Of a DNA stretch of 64,000 nucleotides, positions 36,103 through 44,712 are shown one piece after another; position 1 is the first letter of the stretch; each line of letters starts with the position of its first letter. Made by a program: the position numbers and the translations under genes. Below the pieces are notes generated by a model. The model saw nothing but the letters and a program-made list of their open reading frames with translations. It made no database searches and was not told the DNA's origin. This stretch comes from Gemmatimonadota bacterium (lineage in GTDB: Bacteria; Gemmatimonadota; Gemmatimonadetes; Longimicrobiales; Gaopeijiaceae), in contig VXQO01000143.1 in assembly GCA_009838975.1 (NCBI GenBank), positions 8,764-72,763 on the forward strand. Reading direction: 5' to 3'.

Positions 36103-38043
36103 ATGGCGCCCACACCTCGCACGGCGACGCGATTCCCGCAGTTCCTGAGTCTCGCCTCGGTGGTCGCGACCGCCGTTTGTGCGCCCGCCCCGCAGGCCTG
36201 GTACGGCGACGGCGACTGGCCCGCCTACGGCCGCGACGCGGGCGGCCGCAAGTTCTCCCCCCTCGAACACATCACGCGGGAAAACGTCGGTGGCCTCGAG
36301 GTTGCGTGGCAGTGGGAGACGGGTGAATCCCCAATCCCGGGACCGATCGCTCCCATTAGCGGCCAGCAGGTGCGCCCCGGCAACTTCGAGGCGACTCCGT
36401 TGGCCTTCAACGACACCCTCTACTTCACCACCCCCTACAACCGCGTCATCGCCCTGGACGGCAGCAGCGGCGAGACGATCTGGGACTTCGACCCGCGAAC
36501 GGTCGAATGGGGACAGCCTCCCAACGGAACGGGTTTCGTGCATCGCGGCGTCGCGGTGTGGAACGGATCCGACGGGCGGCGGATCTTCCTGAACACGCGG
36601 TGGCGGCTGATCGCGATCGACGGCGCCACCGGCGAGCCGATCGAGTCCTTCGGGCATCGCGGCGAGGTCGACCTCACCGAGAAGCTGCTGTGGCGCACCA
36701 ACCGGCTCCATTACACGCAGACTTCGCCGCCGGTGGTCTTCGAGGACCTGCTGATCATCGGCAACGGGGTGTGGGACGGCTTCGTGTACCCGCGCGATCC
36801 GCCCGGCAACATCCAGGCCTTCGACGTCCGCACCGGCGAACTGGTATGGTCCTTCAACCTCATCCCGCAGCCCGGCGAACCCGGCAACGAGACCTGGGAG
36901 GACGGGAGCTGGGACTACACCGGGCACACCAACGCGTGGGCGCCGATGGTCGTGGACGAGGAGCGCGGGCTGCTCTACGCGGGAATAGGCACCCCGTCGA
37001 ACGACTACTACGGCGGCCACCGAAAGGGCGACAACCTCTACGCCGAGTCGCTCGTCGCGCTGGACGCCCGCACCGGCGAGCTGGCCTGGCACTTCCAGAC
37101 CATCCATCACGGGCTCTGGGACTTCGACCTTCCGGGCGCCCCCGTGCTCCTGACGGTGGAGCGCGACGGCGACGCGGTGGACGCGGTTGCGGTCGCGGGA
37201 AAGACCGGGTTCGTCTACACCTTCGACCGCGGGACCGGCGACCCCGTGTGGCCCATCGAGGAGCGTCCGGTCCCGTTGAGCGACGTGCCCGGCGAGGTCT
37301 CCGCCGCCACCCAGCCCTTCCCGACCCGGCCGCCGCCCTTCGCGAAGCAGGGCTTCACGCCCGACGACCTGATCGACCTCACTCCGGAACTGCGCCGCCA
37401 GGCCGAGGAACTCACGGCGGCATACCGCTTCGGCCCCCTCTTCGAGCCTCCCTCGCTCGCAGGGACCATTGCGATGCCGGGGATCCTGGGAGGCGGCAAC
37501 TGGGGAGGCGCCGCCTTCGACCCGCGCTCCGGCTTCCTCTTCGTCAAGTCGTCGGAGGAGCCCAGTCTGCTCAGGATCGCGCCCGCCGACCCGGAGACCA
37601 CCGTCGCGGACTACGGCATCGACCGGGGCGCACCACGCACGCTGCGCGTCTCCGGTCTCCCGATCTCGAACCCGCCGTGGGGCACGCTGACCGCCATCGA
37701 CATGAACGCGGGAGAGATTGTCTGGCAGGAAGCGGTCGGTGAGCGGCCCGAGGTCAGGGACAATCCCGCACTGGGGGGCATCGCGTTGCCTGCCCGGCTC
37801 GGGGTGGTGGCGCCGCCCGGACCCTTCGTCACCGCGGGCGGCCTGGTCTTCCTCACCGGCGGCTCCGACGTGCTGTACGCCTTCGACGCCAGGGACGGCG
37901 AAGTGCTCTGGGAGGGCCGCCTTCCGGCGCCCGGCTATGCGAACCCCATGACCTTCCGGACGCGGGACGGGCGCCAGCTGGTGGTGATCGCCACGGGCGG
38001 CCGGGACGGCGGAACGCTGGTCGCCTTCGGACTGCCGGAGTAG
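36103..38043 (+). CDS. PQQ-dependent dehydrogenase (quinoprotein glucose/sugar dehydrogenase family)
   Basis: GDWPAYGRDAGGRKFSPL, WQWETGE, repeated W-containing propeller motifs, and ...LYAFDARDGEVLWE... Start taken at the ATG at 36103 (MAPTPRTATRFPQFLSLASVVATAVCA). Confidence 0.9.
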   Translation: MAPTPRTATRFPQFLSLASVVATAVCAPAPQAWYGDGDWPAYGRDAGGRKFSPLEHITRENVGGLEVAWQWETGESPIPGPIAPISGQQVRPGNFEATPLAFNDTLYFTTPYNRVIALDGSSGETIWDFDPRTVEWGQPPNGTGFVHRGVAVWNGSDGRRIFLNTRWRLIAIDGATGEPIESFGHRGEVDLTEKLLWRTNRLHYTQTSPPVVFEDLLIIGNGVWDGFVYPRDPPGNIQAFDVRTGELVWSFNLIPQPGEPGNETWEDGSWDYTGHTNAWAPMVVDEERGLLYAGIGTPSNDYYGGHRKGDNLYAESLVALDARTGELAWHFQTIHHGLWDFDLPGAPVLLTVERDGDAVDAVAVAGKTGFVYTFDRGTGDPVWPIEERPVPLSDVPGEVSAATQPFPTRPPPFAKQGFTPDDLIDLTPELRRQAEELTAAYRFGPLFEPPSLAGTIAMPGILGGGNWGGAAFDPRSGFLFVKSSEEPSLLRIAPADPETTVADYGIDRGAPRTLRVSGLPISNPPWGTLTAIDMNAGEIVWQEAVGERPEVRDNPALGGIALPARLGVVAPPGPFVTAGGLVFLTGGSDVLYAFDARDGEVLWEGRLPAPGYANPMTFRTRDGRQLVVIATGGRDGGTLVAFGLPE

Positions 38044-38050
38044 TCTCACG

Positions 38051-39235
38051 ATGTCGAGGCGTATCAGGGCCTGCGTGCTGTCGGTCGTCGTCACCCTGGG
38101 TTGCAGCGGCGACTCACCGACGGAGCCGAGCGTCGCCAGCATCGAGGTGGTGCCGGGCGAAATGCTCCTCGTCGGCGAGGGCGACGGAGATCGGTACCTG
38201 GCCAGAGGACGCGACGCCGGGGGGACGATCGTTTCGGTCACGCCCGAGTGGTCCATCGACGAATCCTCGGTTGCCTCGATCACGGCCGACGGCTTCGTCA
38301 CCGCGATCTCGGGCGGACTCGCCACCGTCACCGCGACGGCCGGCGGCGCGAGCGGGTCGGCACGGCTGGAGGTGTACATCCCTCCGCACATCGGCAGGTT
38401 CGAGCCCGGCAGGAGCTACTTCGGCCGCAACGACTATGTCGAATACATCCCCGGCGAGCTGCCGGTGATCCTGTCCAGCGCGCACGGCGGTGCACTCCAG
38501 CCGGGCGAGATCCCCAACCGCACCTTCGGCGTCGTCATCAACGACCGGAACTCGCTGGAGCTGACCCTCGCGATGAGCCGGGCGCTGGTCAATCTTACCG
38601 GCCATGCCCCGCATGTCATTCTGTCGCACCTGCACCGCAGCAAGCTCGACGCCAATCGCGAGATCGTGGAGGCCGCCCAGGACAACCCGTACGCCGAGCA
38701 GGCCTGGACCGAGTTCCAGGAGTGGATCAGGGTGGCGCGGGCGGCCGTCGCGGCCGAATACGGAAAAGGTCTCTACTTCGACATCCACGGCCACGGCCAC
38801 GACATCGACCAGGTGGAGCTCGGGTACCTGCTGACCGCCGAAGAACTCAACCGGCCCGACATTGCGCTCAATTCGCTTGAGGTCGTGGCGCGGACGAGCA
38901 TCCGGGACCTGGGCCGCACTTCGCCGATTCCGTTCTCGCAGTTGCTGCGCGGCCCGACCTCGTTCGGGGGTCTTCTGGCCGACGAAGGCATCCCCTCCGT
39001 GCCGAGCCCCGACACTCCCGGCCCCGGTGACACGCCCTACTTCCGCGGGGGCTACAACACGCGCGAACACGGGTCCGTCAATGACGCCGACGTCGTCAGC
39101 GGCATCCAGCTCGAACATCACTACGGCGGCATCCGCGACACCTTCCAGAGCCGGCTCGACTATTCCAACAAGGCCGCGCGGGTGATCCGGAAGTTCATGC
39201 TCGAGCACTACGGGTTCTTCGAGCCGGGTGGGTAG
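38051..39235 (+). CDS. Lipoprotein: N-terminal Big_2 domain fused to an N-formylglutamate-amidohydrolase / poly-gamma-glutamate-hydrolase-like zinc hydrolase domain
   Basis: Lipobox VVTLGCS. Big_2 (IEVVPGEMLLVGEGD...VTAISGGLATVTATAGG). Then VILSSAHGG...SHLHRSKLDANRE...YFDIHGHGH, resembling FGase/PghP-fold motifs. Confidence 0.6.
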   Translation: MSRRIRACVLSVVVTLGCSGDSPTEPSVASIEVVPGEMLLVGEGDGDRYLARGRDAGGTIVSVTPEWSIDESSVASITADGFVTAISGGLATVTATAGGASGSARLEVYIPPHIGRFEPGRSYFGRNDYVEYIPGELPVILSSAHGGALQPGEIPNRTFGVVINDRNSLELTLAMSRALVNLTGHAPHVILSHLHRSKLDANREIVEAAQDNPYAEQAWTEFQEWIRVARAAVAAEYGKGLYFDIHGHGHDIDQVELGYLLTAEELNRPDIALNSLEVVARTSIRDLGRTSPIPFSQLLRGPTSFGGLLADEGIPSVPSPDTPGPGDTPYFRGGYNTREHGSVNDADVVSGIQLEHHYGGIRDTFQSRLDYSNKAARVIRKFMLEHYGFFEPGG

Positions 39236-39992
39236 CGCGCTCATTGGCGACCTGCAGCGGCGTCTCGACGAGGTCGCGGACCGCGGGACGAAGGCGTGGT
39301 TCGACAACTACCTGAAGCAGGCCATCTCCTATCGGGGAGTGAAGACTCCGGTCGTCGCCAAAATGGTGGCAGCGTGGCGAAGCGCGCACAACCTCGACCA
39401 CCTTCCCGACCACGACCAGCTCGCCCTGGCCGCCAGGCTGATTCGCCAGGATCACGCCGAAGACAAGTTCGCGGGCATCCTGTACATCCAGAAGCACCTC
39501 CCGAGGCGCGTTGACGCCGAAGCGATCCTGACGACGGCCGAGGATCTGTTCGCCCGCGGCGCCTTCTTCGACTGGTCTACGTCCGACTGGTTCAGCGTGC
39601 GGGTGCTGGGACCGCTCATCAAGCGCCACGGCAGCAGTGCGGCCGAGCGAATCGCCGGTTGGCACGAAACCGCGAGTCTCTGGCAGCGCCGCTCCTCGAT
39701 CGTGCCGTTTCGGGCCGTCGTCCGGCAGGAGGAGTACCACGCCCTCATCGAGGCGACCATCGCGACCCTCGTCAAGGAGCGCGAGCGCTTCATCCAGACA
39801 GGGATCGGCTGGGTCATCAGCGACCTGTCGAAGGCCCACCCCACCCGGGCCGCCGCGTTGGTGGAGCGCCACTTCGACGACCTTTCCGCCGAGGTGATCC
39901 GGCGGCACACCCGGCACCTGCCCGAACACGGGGACTACAAGGCAACGAGATCCGCCAAGGCAACCTTATGGCGTCAGCGGGGTGCCAATTAA
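39228..39992 (+). CDS. DNA alkylation repair protein (AlkD-like HEAT-repeat family)
   Basis: KAWFDNYLKQAISYRGVKTP, FDWSTSDWFSVRVLG, WQRRSSIVPF, GIGWVISDL. GTG start overlaps the previous gene's 3' end. Confidence 0.8.
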   Translation: MGSALIGDLQRRLDEVADRGTKAWFDNYLKQAISYRGVKTPVVAKMVAAWRSAHNLDHLPDHDQLALAARLIRQDHAEDKFAGILYIQKHLPRRVDAEAILTTAEDLFARGAFFDWSTSDWFSVRVLGPLIKRHGSSAAERIAGWHETASLWQRRSSIVPFRAVVRQEEYHALIEATIATLVKERERFIQTGIGWVISDLSKAHPTRAAALVERHFDDLSAEVIRRHTRHLPEHGDYKATRSAKATLWRQRGAN

Positions 39993-40000
39993 GGCAGACG

Positions 40001-40017
40001 GGGCGGCCATGCCGCCC
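40001..40017 (+). terminator. Short GC hairpin GGGCGGC-CAT-GCCGCCC after the AlkD-like gene (weak terminator candidate)
   Basis: Read directly from the sequence. Followed by only TT. Confidence 0.3.
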
Positions 40018-40052
40018 TTCGCACCTCAGCCGTGGCAGGATAGGACCAACCG

Positions 40053-41999
40053 ATGCGATCCGTCACAACCGCCCTCCGGAAACCGACCCTCGGCTCGCGG
40101 ATAGCCCGTCACATGGCCCGCGCGGCGATCCTCGCATTCCTGGCGCTCCTCGCCGTCGAACTCATGACCGTCCCGCAGATCCACGCACAGGTGGGCGCCA
40201 TCGGGGGACAGGTCACCGACGCCGCCTCGGGGCAGGCGCTCTCCGGCGTCCAGGTGGCCGTGGAGGGCACGACCCGCCTTACGCTGACCAACGAAGCGGG
40301 GCGCTACCAGTTGCAGAGCGTACCCGCCGGCCCGCGCACGGTGGCCATCGAGCTGATTGGCTTTGCCAGTCAGCGGATACAGGTGATGGTCGTGGCGGGG
40401 CAGACGACCGTGCTGGATGTCGTAATGGTACCGCGCACCCTGTCGATCGATGAACTGGTCGTGTCGGGAGTTCAGGCAGAGCCTGCGGCACCGCGGGCCC
40501 GACTCGCCGGCGACCAGGTCGCCTACAGCTTTTCCAGACTGGTCGACTTCAACACCGAGTCCTACGCGCGCATCGACGAGAACGACTTCCGGCTCGTCAG
40601 CGCATCGCCGCTCTCCACCTTCTCGATCGATGTCGACCGCGCGTCCTACGCGAACATCCGCCGCTTCATCCAGTCCGGCGACCGCCCGCCCGTCGACGCG
40701 GTGCGCATCGAGGAGATGATCAACTACTTCCCCTACGACTGGGGCAACGTGTCGGGCGAGCACCCCTTCGCGGTCACCACCGAGGTGTGGGAGGCCCTCT
40801 GGAGGCCCGAACACCGGCTGGTCAGGATCGGGCTGCACGCCGAGTCGATCGACACCGGGGATCTGCCGCCCGGCAATCTGGTCTTCCTGCTGGACGTCTC
40901 CGGCTCGATGATGCCGGACAACAAGCTGCCGCTCCTCAAAAAGGCTCTCGCGCTGCTGGTCGACCAGCTCCGGCCCGAGGACCGCGTGGCGATCGTCGTG
41001 TACGCGGGTGCCGCCGGCCTCGCGCTCCCGTCCACTCCGGGCAGCGAGAAGGCCGAGATCCTCGCGGCGCTCGAAGACTTGCGGGCTGGCGGCAGCACGG
41101 CGGGCGGCGCCGGGCTCAGGCTGGCCTACGAGGTGGCGCGCAAATACCACCGCGACGATGGTAACAACCGCGTCATCCTCGCCACCGACGGTGACTTCAA
41201 CGTGGGCGCGTCCAGCGACGCCGAGATGGTGCGTCTCATCGAGAGGGAGCGCGAAAGCGGCACCTTCCTCACGGTCCTCGGCTTCGGAACCGGCAACCTG
41301 AAGGATTCGAAAATGGAGCAGATCGCCGACCACGGAAACGGCAACTTCCATTACGTCGACGGCCTGCTCGAAGCCCGCAAGGTGCTGGTCGAGGAGATGG
41401 GCGGCACGCTGCTGACCCTCGCGAAGGACGTCAAGCTCCAGGTCGAGTTCAACCCGGCACGCGTGGCCGGCTACCGGTTGATCGGCTACGAGAACCGGCT
41501 GCTCGCCGACGAGGACTTCAACGACGACACGAAGGACGCGGGCGAACTCGGCGCCGGCCACACGGTCACCGCTCTCTACGAGGTGGTCCCGGCGGGTGCG
41601 CAGGTGCCGCGTGGCGAGGTCGACCCGCTACGCTACCAGCCCCGGCCCGACGACCCGCCGCTCAGCAGCTTCAACGACGAACTCATGTTCGTCAAGGTCC
41701 GCTACAAGGACCCGGACGGCACGCAGTCCAGGCTCCTGCAACAGCCGGTCGCCGACCGCCCCCGCTCGCCCTCGTCCGACTTCCGTTTTGCCACCGCGGT
41801 GGCGGGCTTCGGCATGCTCCTGCGCGAGTCCGAGCACGCGGGCGACCTGACCCTGAACGACGTGGTTCGTCTCGCCGAAAAGGGGAAGGGCAACGACCCG
41901 CGCGGCTACCGTGGCGAGTTCATCAGGCTGGTCGAAGCCACACGCGACCTTGGGCTGCTGGAGAGGGAGCTTCTGCCGGAGCCGCGCTACCGGCGTTAG
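40053..41999 (+). CDS. von Willebrand factor A domain protein of the YfbK type (vWA + DUF3520-like C-terminus) with N-terminal CarboxypepD_reg domain
   Basis: GGQVTDAASGQALSGVQVAVEGTTRLTLTNEAGRYQL. STFSIDVDRASYANIRRFI. MIDAS motif LVFLLDVSGSM. FNPARVAGYRLIGYENR. Alternative start at 40113. Confidence 0.85.
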   Translation: MRSVTTALRKPTLGSRIARHMARAAILAFLALLAVELMTVPQIHAQVGAIGGQVTDAASGQALSGVQVAVEGTTRLTLTNEAGRYQLQSVPAGPRTVAIELIGFASQRIQVMVVAGQTTVLDVVMVPRTLSIDELVVSGVQAEPAAPRARLAGDQVAYSFSRLVDFNTESYARIDENDFRLVSASPLSTFSIDVDRASYANIRRFIQSGDRPPVDAVRIEEMINYFPYDWGNVSGEHPFAVTTEVWEALWRPEHRLVRIGLHAESIDTGDLPPGNLVFLLDVSGSMMPDNKLPLLKKALALLVDQLRPEDRVAIVVYAGAAGLALPSTPGSEKAEILAALEDLRAGGSTAGGAGLRLAYEVARKYHRDDGNNRVILATDGDFNVGASSDAEMVRLIERERESGTFLTVLGFGTGNLKDSKMEQIADHGNGNFHYVDGLLEARKVLVEEMGGTLLTLAKDVKLQVEFNPARVAGYRLIGYENRLLADEDFNDDTKDAGELGAGHTVTALYEVVPAGAQVPRGEVDPLRYQPRPDDPPLSSFNDELMFVKVRYKDPDGTQSRLLQQPVADRPRSPSSDFRFATAVAGFGMLLRESEHAGDLTLNDVVRLAEKGKGNDPRGYRGEFIRLVEATRDLGLLERELLPEPRYRR

Positions 42000-42074
42000 T
42001 CACCGGTCGGCAGGGAAGCGGAAAAGGCGGCGCCTGCGACATTGCCGCCCGCGTGGTTCACGGCCGGGTCCCAC

Positions 42075-42203
42075 TCACCAGAGCCGCGTCACCCCGTACG
42101 GGTCGAACACCGCCTCCCGGGAAACCAGCGCCAACCCATGCACCAGGGACTGGGCCATCAGCATTCGGTCGAACGGATCCCGATGCGGACCCGGCAGACG
42201 CCG
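42075..42203 (-). pseudogene. 3' remnant (42 codons) of a PIN/VapC toxin gene, lacking start and N-terminal ~90 codons
   Basis: My translation of the minus strand gives RRLPGPHRDPFDRMLMAQSLVHGLALVSREAVFDPYGVTRLW*. This matches the conserved C-terminus (HRDPFDR.LIAQA....L.L.T.D......YGV..LW) of VapC toxins. There is an in-frame TAG upstream and no start codon. Confidence 0.7.
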
Positions 42204-42406
42204 CCCTCCCAGGCTTTCAGCTCCCTCTCCGGCAGCGGATCGAAGACGCTATCCGGCACGGTGATCTTCCCCTTCAACACATCGGGCTGACGCTTCCCTC
42301 TCGGCCGGTAGCTCACCAGGCGTGCGACGGGCCGGCCCCTGCGCGCGATGATCACCTCTTCCCCTGCCTCGACCCGGGCCAGGAGGCGATCTGCAATCTG
42401 GTCCAG
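42158..42406 (-). pseudogene. N-terminally truncated Phd/prevent-host-death-type antitoxin remnant
   Basis: LDQIADRLLARVEAGEEVIIARRGRPVARLVSYRPRGKRQPDVLKGKITVPDSVFDPLPERELKAWEGG begins directly after, and in frame with, the stop codon of the upstream SDR gene. The usual first ~12 residues are missing. The tail reads through into the toxin remnant. Confidence 0.7.
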
Positions 42407-43552
42407 TCAGCCCGCCTGAGCCGCCCAGGCCGCCAGCACCTCCGCCTCGATCTCGGCTGGCAAACCCGCCCTCGGCTCCGCGCGCCGCTCCTCGGGCAGC
42501 GAGTTCCACCACTCGACGGTCTCGCGGGCCGTGTCGCCGATCGGGCGGAAGGTCAGCCCAGCCTCCACCGCGGCAGCCACGGAGACCTGGTTCATCCCGA
42601 CCGTCTCGCCCTCTGGGGGCACCCAGTTGGTCATGTGGCCCCAGGGCCGGATCTGGTGCTCGTTCATGAACTCCGCCGGCACCCAGGTGAAGGTGGCGTC
42701 CGAACCCAGAGCCGCGCGGATCTCTTCGAGCATGGCGCCGAACTGCTGCACTTCGCCCGTGGCGTTGTAGGTCCCCGCGTTGCCGGGCGTCTCGACCAGC
42801 CGCACGATCCACTCCGACAGGTCGCGGGCGTCGATGTTCTGTACTGGATCGGTGGGCGAGTTCGGTGCCATCATCTCGCCGCCTCGCGCGACGCGAACGG
42901 GCCAGTAGGTCCACCGGTCGGTGTTGTCCCCGGCCCCGACGATCAGTCCCGGCCGCACATTGATCGCACCTTCGCCGAAGACCTCGGTGTTGATTGCTTC
43001 GCACCTCGCCTTCATCGGACCGTATTCGCTCATGTCCTCCACATCCGGCGCCGAGAGCTGCCCCACCGGATAGGTCTCGTCGATCCCCACCGCCCCGAAG
43101 TCGGCGTAGGCGGAGATGGACGAGACGAACAGGTAGCGGTCGACGTTGCCGCGCAGCACGTCCGTGGTCATGGCCACCCAGCGCGGGATCGACGCCGAAT
43201 TGTCGATCACGGCGTCCCATTCGCGCCCATCGAGCGCGCCCAGGTCGTTGTCGCGGTCGCCGATCAGGTGCTCGACACGGTCGAAGTAGTCATGGAAGAA
43301 CGGCGGTTCCGTGCGGCCCCGGGTGAAGATCGAGACCTCGTGGCCGCGGTCGAGCGCGTACTTGACCTGATAGGGGCCGATGAAGCGGGTCCCCCCGAGG
43401 ATGAGGATGCGCTGGGGGCCGGGCGACCCCGTTCCACCTTCATCCGCGGGCGCGCAGGCCAGGGGACCGAACGCGCCCAGGACGCCCAGCGCCCCACCTG
43501 TACGCACTGAACTCTTCAGAAAATCACGTCGTGTCTGCTTCCACATGTTCAT
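42407..43552 (-). CDS. NAD-dependent epimerase/dehydratase (SDR) family protein with twin-arginine signal
   Basis: GAGGA then ATG at 43552. MNMWKQTRRDFLKSSVRTGGALGVLGAF (Tat motif). Rossmann ILILGGTRFIGPYQV. The rest of the 707-aa track ORF is an upstream extension antisense to the next gene. Confidence 0.8.
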   Translation of the reverse strand: MNMWKQTRRDFLKSSVRTGGALGVLGAFGPLACAPADEGGTGSPGPQRILILGGTRFIGPYQVKYALDRGHEVSIFTRGRTEPPFFHDYFDRVEHLIGDRDNDLGALDGREWDAVIDNSASIPRWVAMTTDVLRGNVDRYLFVSSISAYADFGAVGIDETYPVGQLSAPDVEDMSEYGPMKARCEAINTEVFGEGAINVRPGLIVGAGDNTDRWTYWPVRVARGGEMMAPNSPTDPVQNIDARDLSEWIVRLVETPGNAGTYNATGEVQQFGAMLEEIRAALGSDATFTWVPAEFMNEHQIRPWGHMTNWVPPEGETVGMNQVSVAAAVEAGLTFRPIGDTARETVEWWNSLPEERRAEPRAGLPAEIEAEVLAAWAAQAG

Positions 43553-43753
43553 CCTGTCCTCGTCATTCCATGTTCGTCTGCCGTGTCGCGCATGCGGCCA
43601 ATCACCGCCGGACCATCGTATCGCCGTTCGGGCCGATCCCGCCACTTGCCGCACCCAACGACCCGCCGTACAGTGACTGCAGGATCCTGGGCTCTGACGC
43701 CGCCGGGGATCGGTGGCGGGACCAGGACCATCGGCCCCTGCCCGGAGGTCAAG

Positions 43754-44569
43754 ATGGTGGAAGTCGATCGCAAGACCTTTCTCGCAAGCATTCCCGCAGG
43801 TGCTCTCGCCGTCATGTCGCACGAGGACAAGGCGGAGGAACTCGAGCACTACATGGAAGAGGAGCTGGACAAGAAGATCGCCGCGCGGCGAGCGGGAGCG
43901 GACGGGGAGGCCGGCTCGATCATCACCCTTGAGGAGCTGGAGGAGCAGGAGGCCCGGTCCCCCCGCGGCACAGGCCGCCTCTTCATGCCGCGCGAGGACG
44001 AGTTCCCGCCACTGCCCGACAAGCCGACGGTCCTCGACTTCTTCAATCTGCGTTTTGCGCCGGCCAATCACGTCCTTCAGAGTGCCACGCACGCTCTCCG
44101 GACCGGGCAGCCCGAGCGCACCGTCTTCGCCTGCCTGATGCACGATGTGGTCCTGAACCTGATCAAGGTGGACCATGGCTGGTGGGGGGCCCAACTCGTC
44201 GAGCCCTACGTGGACGAGCGCATCGCCTGGGGCATTCGCTACCACGCGGCCCTGCGCTTCTACCCGGATGAGGAGTACGGGTACGAGTATCCGGAGATGT
44301 ACAACCGCATCTTCGGGCACGACTACGTGCCGGACCCCTACATCAAGCAGGCATACGAGTACGCGCGCAATCACCGCTGGTACGGCGAGGCGCGGCTGAT
44401 CACGGTGAACGACACCTATGCGTTCCAGGACGACATGGACGTCGACATCAACGAATTCACCGACATCATCGGGCGCCAGTTCAAGCAGCCGAAGGAAGGG
44501 CTGGGCTACGACAACAGCCCGGTCGCGCACATGTGGCGCACGATCGCGTTCCCGAACAGGCCGCTGTAG
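43754..44569 (+). CDS. HD-domain-like protein with Tat-like signal (function unknown)
   Basis: GGAGG SD at 43744-43748. MVEVDRKTFLASIPAGALAV. VLQSATHALRTGQPERTVFACLMHDV contains an H...HD arrangement. Family assignment is tentative. Confidence 0.55.
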   Translation: MVEVDRKTFLASIPAGALAVMSHEDKAEELEHYMEEELDKKIAARRAGADGEAGSIITLEELEEQEARSPRGTGRLFMPREDEFPPLPDKPTVLDFFNLRFAPANHVLQSATHALRTGQPERTVFACLMHDVVLNLIKVDHGWWGAQLVEPYVDERIAWGIRYHAALRFYPDEEYGYEYPEMYNRIFGHDYVPDPYIKQAYEYARNHRWYGEARLITVNDTYAFQDDMDVDINEFTDIIGRQFKQPKEGLGYDNSPVAHMWRTIAFPNRPL

Positions 44570-44616
44570 GGGGACTGCTCGGCCTGGAAGGGCATGGCAA
44601 GTCAGGGTCGCGGTAA

Positions 44617-44645
44617 TTGATCTCCCACTGACACACCTTTATTTA
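44617..44645 (+). promoter_or_regulatory. Sigma70-like promoter candidate TTGATC-N17-TATTTA upstream of the Big_2/LVIVD operon
   Basis: Read directly from the sequence, in an AT-rich island ~70 nt upstream of the ATG at 44713. Confidence 0.3.
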
Positions 44646-44712
44646 ATCGTTTCGCCACCCTCCTAACCGTTTTTCCACGACGGTGTCCGTGAGCAGTAAG
44701 GAAGCGCACGCC

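Noticed and set aside
36082-38391. 769-aa minus-strand ORF
   Set aside because: It is antisense to the PQQ dehydrogenase and the Big_2/FGase-like genes and shows the same high-GC antisense artefact. The same reasoning applies to 239-2131(-), 19308-21413(-), 40026-41561(-), 44602-46437(-), 58046-59779(-) and 61311-62936(-).
43553-44530. Upstream 326 codons of the 707-aa ORF 42407-44530(-)
   Set aside because: The SDR protein has a complete Tat signal, an SD and an ATG at 43552. The upstream part is antisense to the HD-like gene and lacks motifs.
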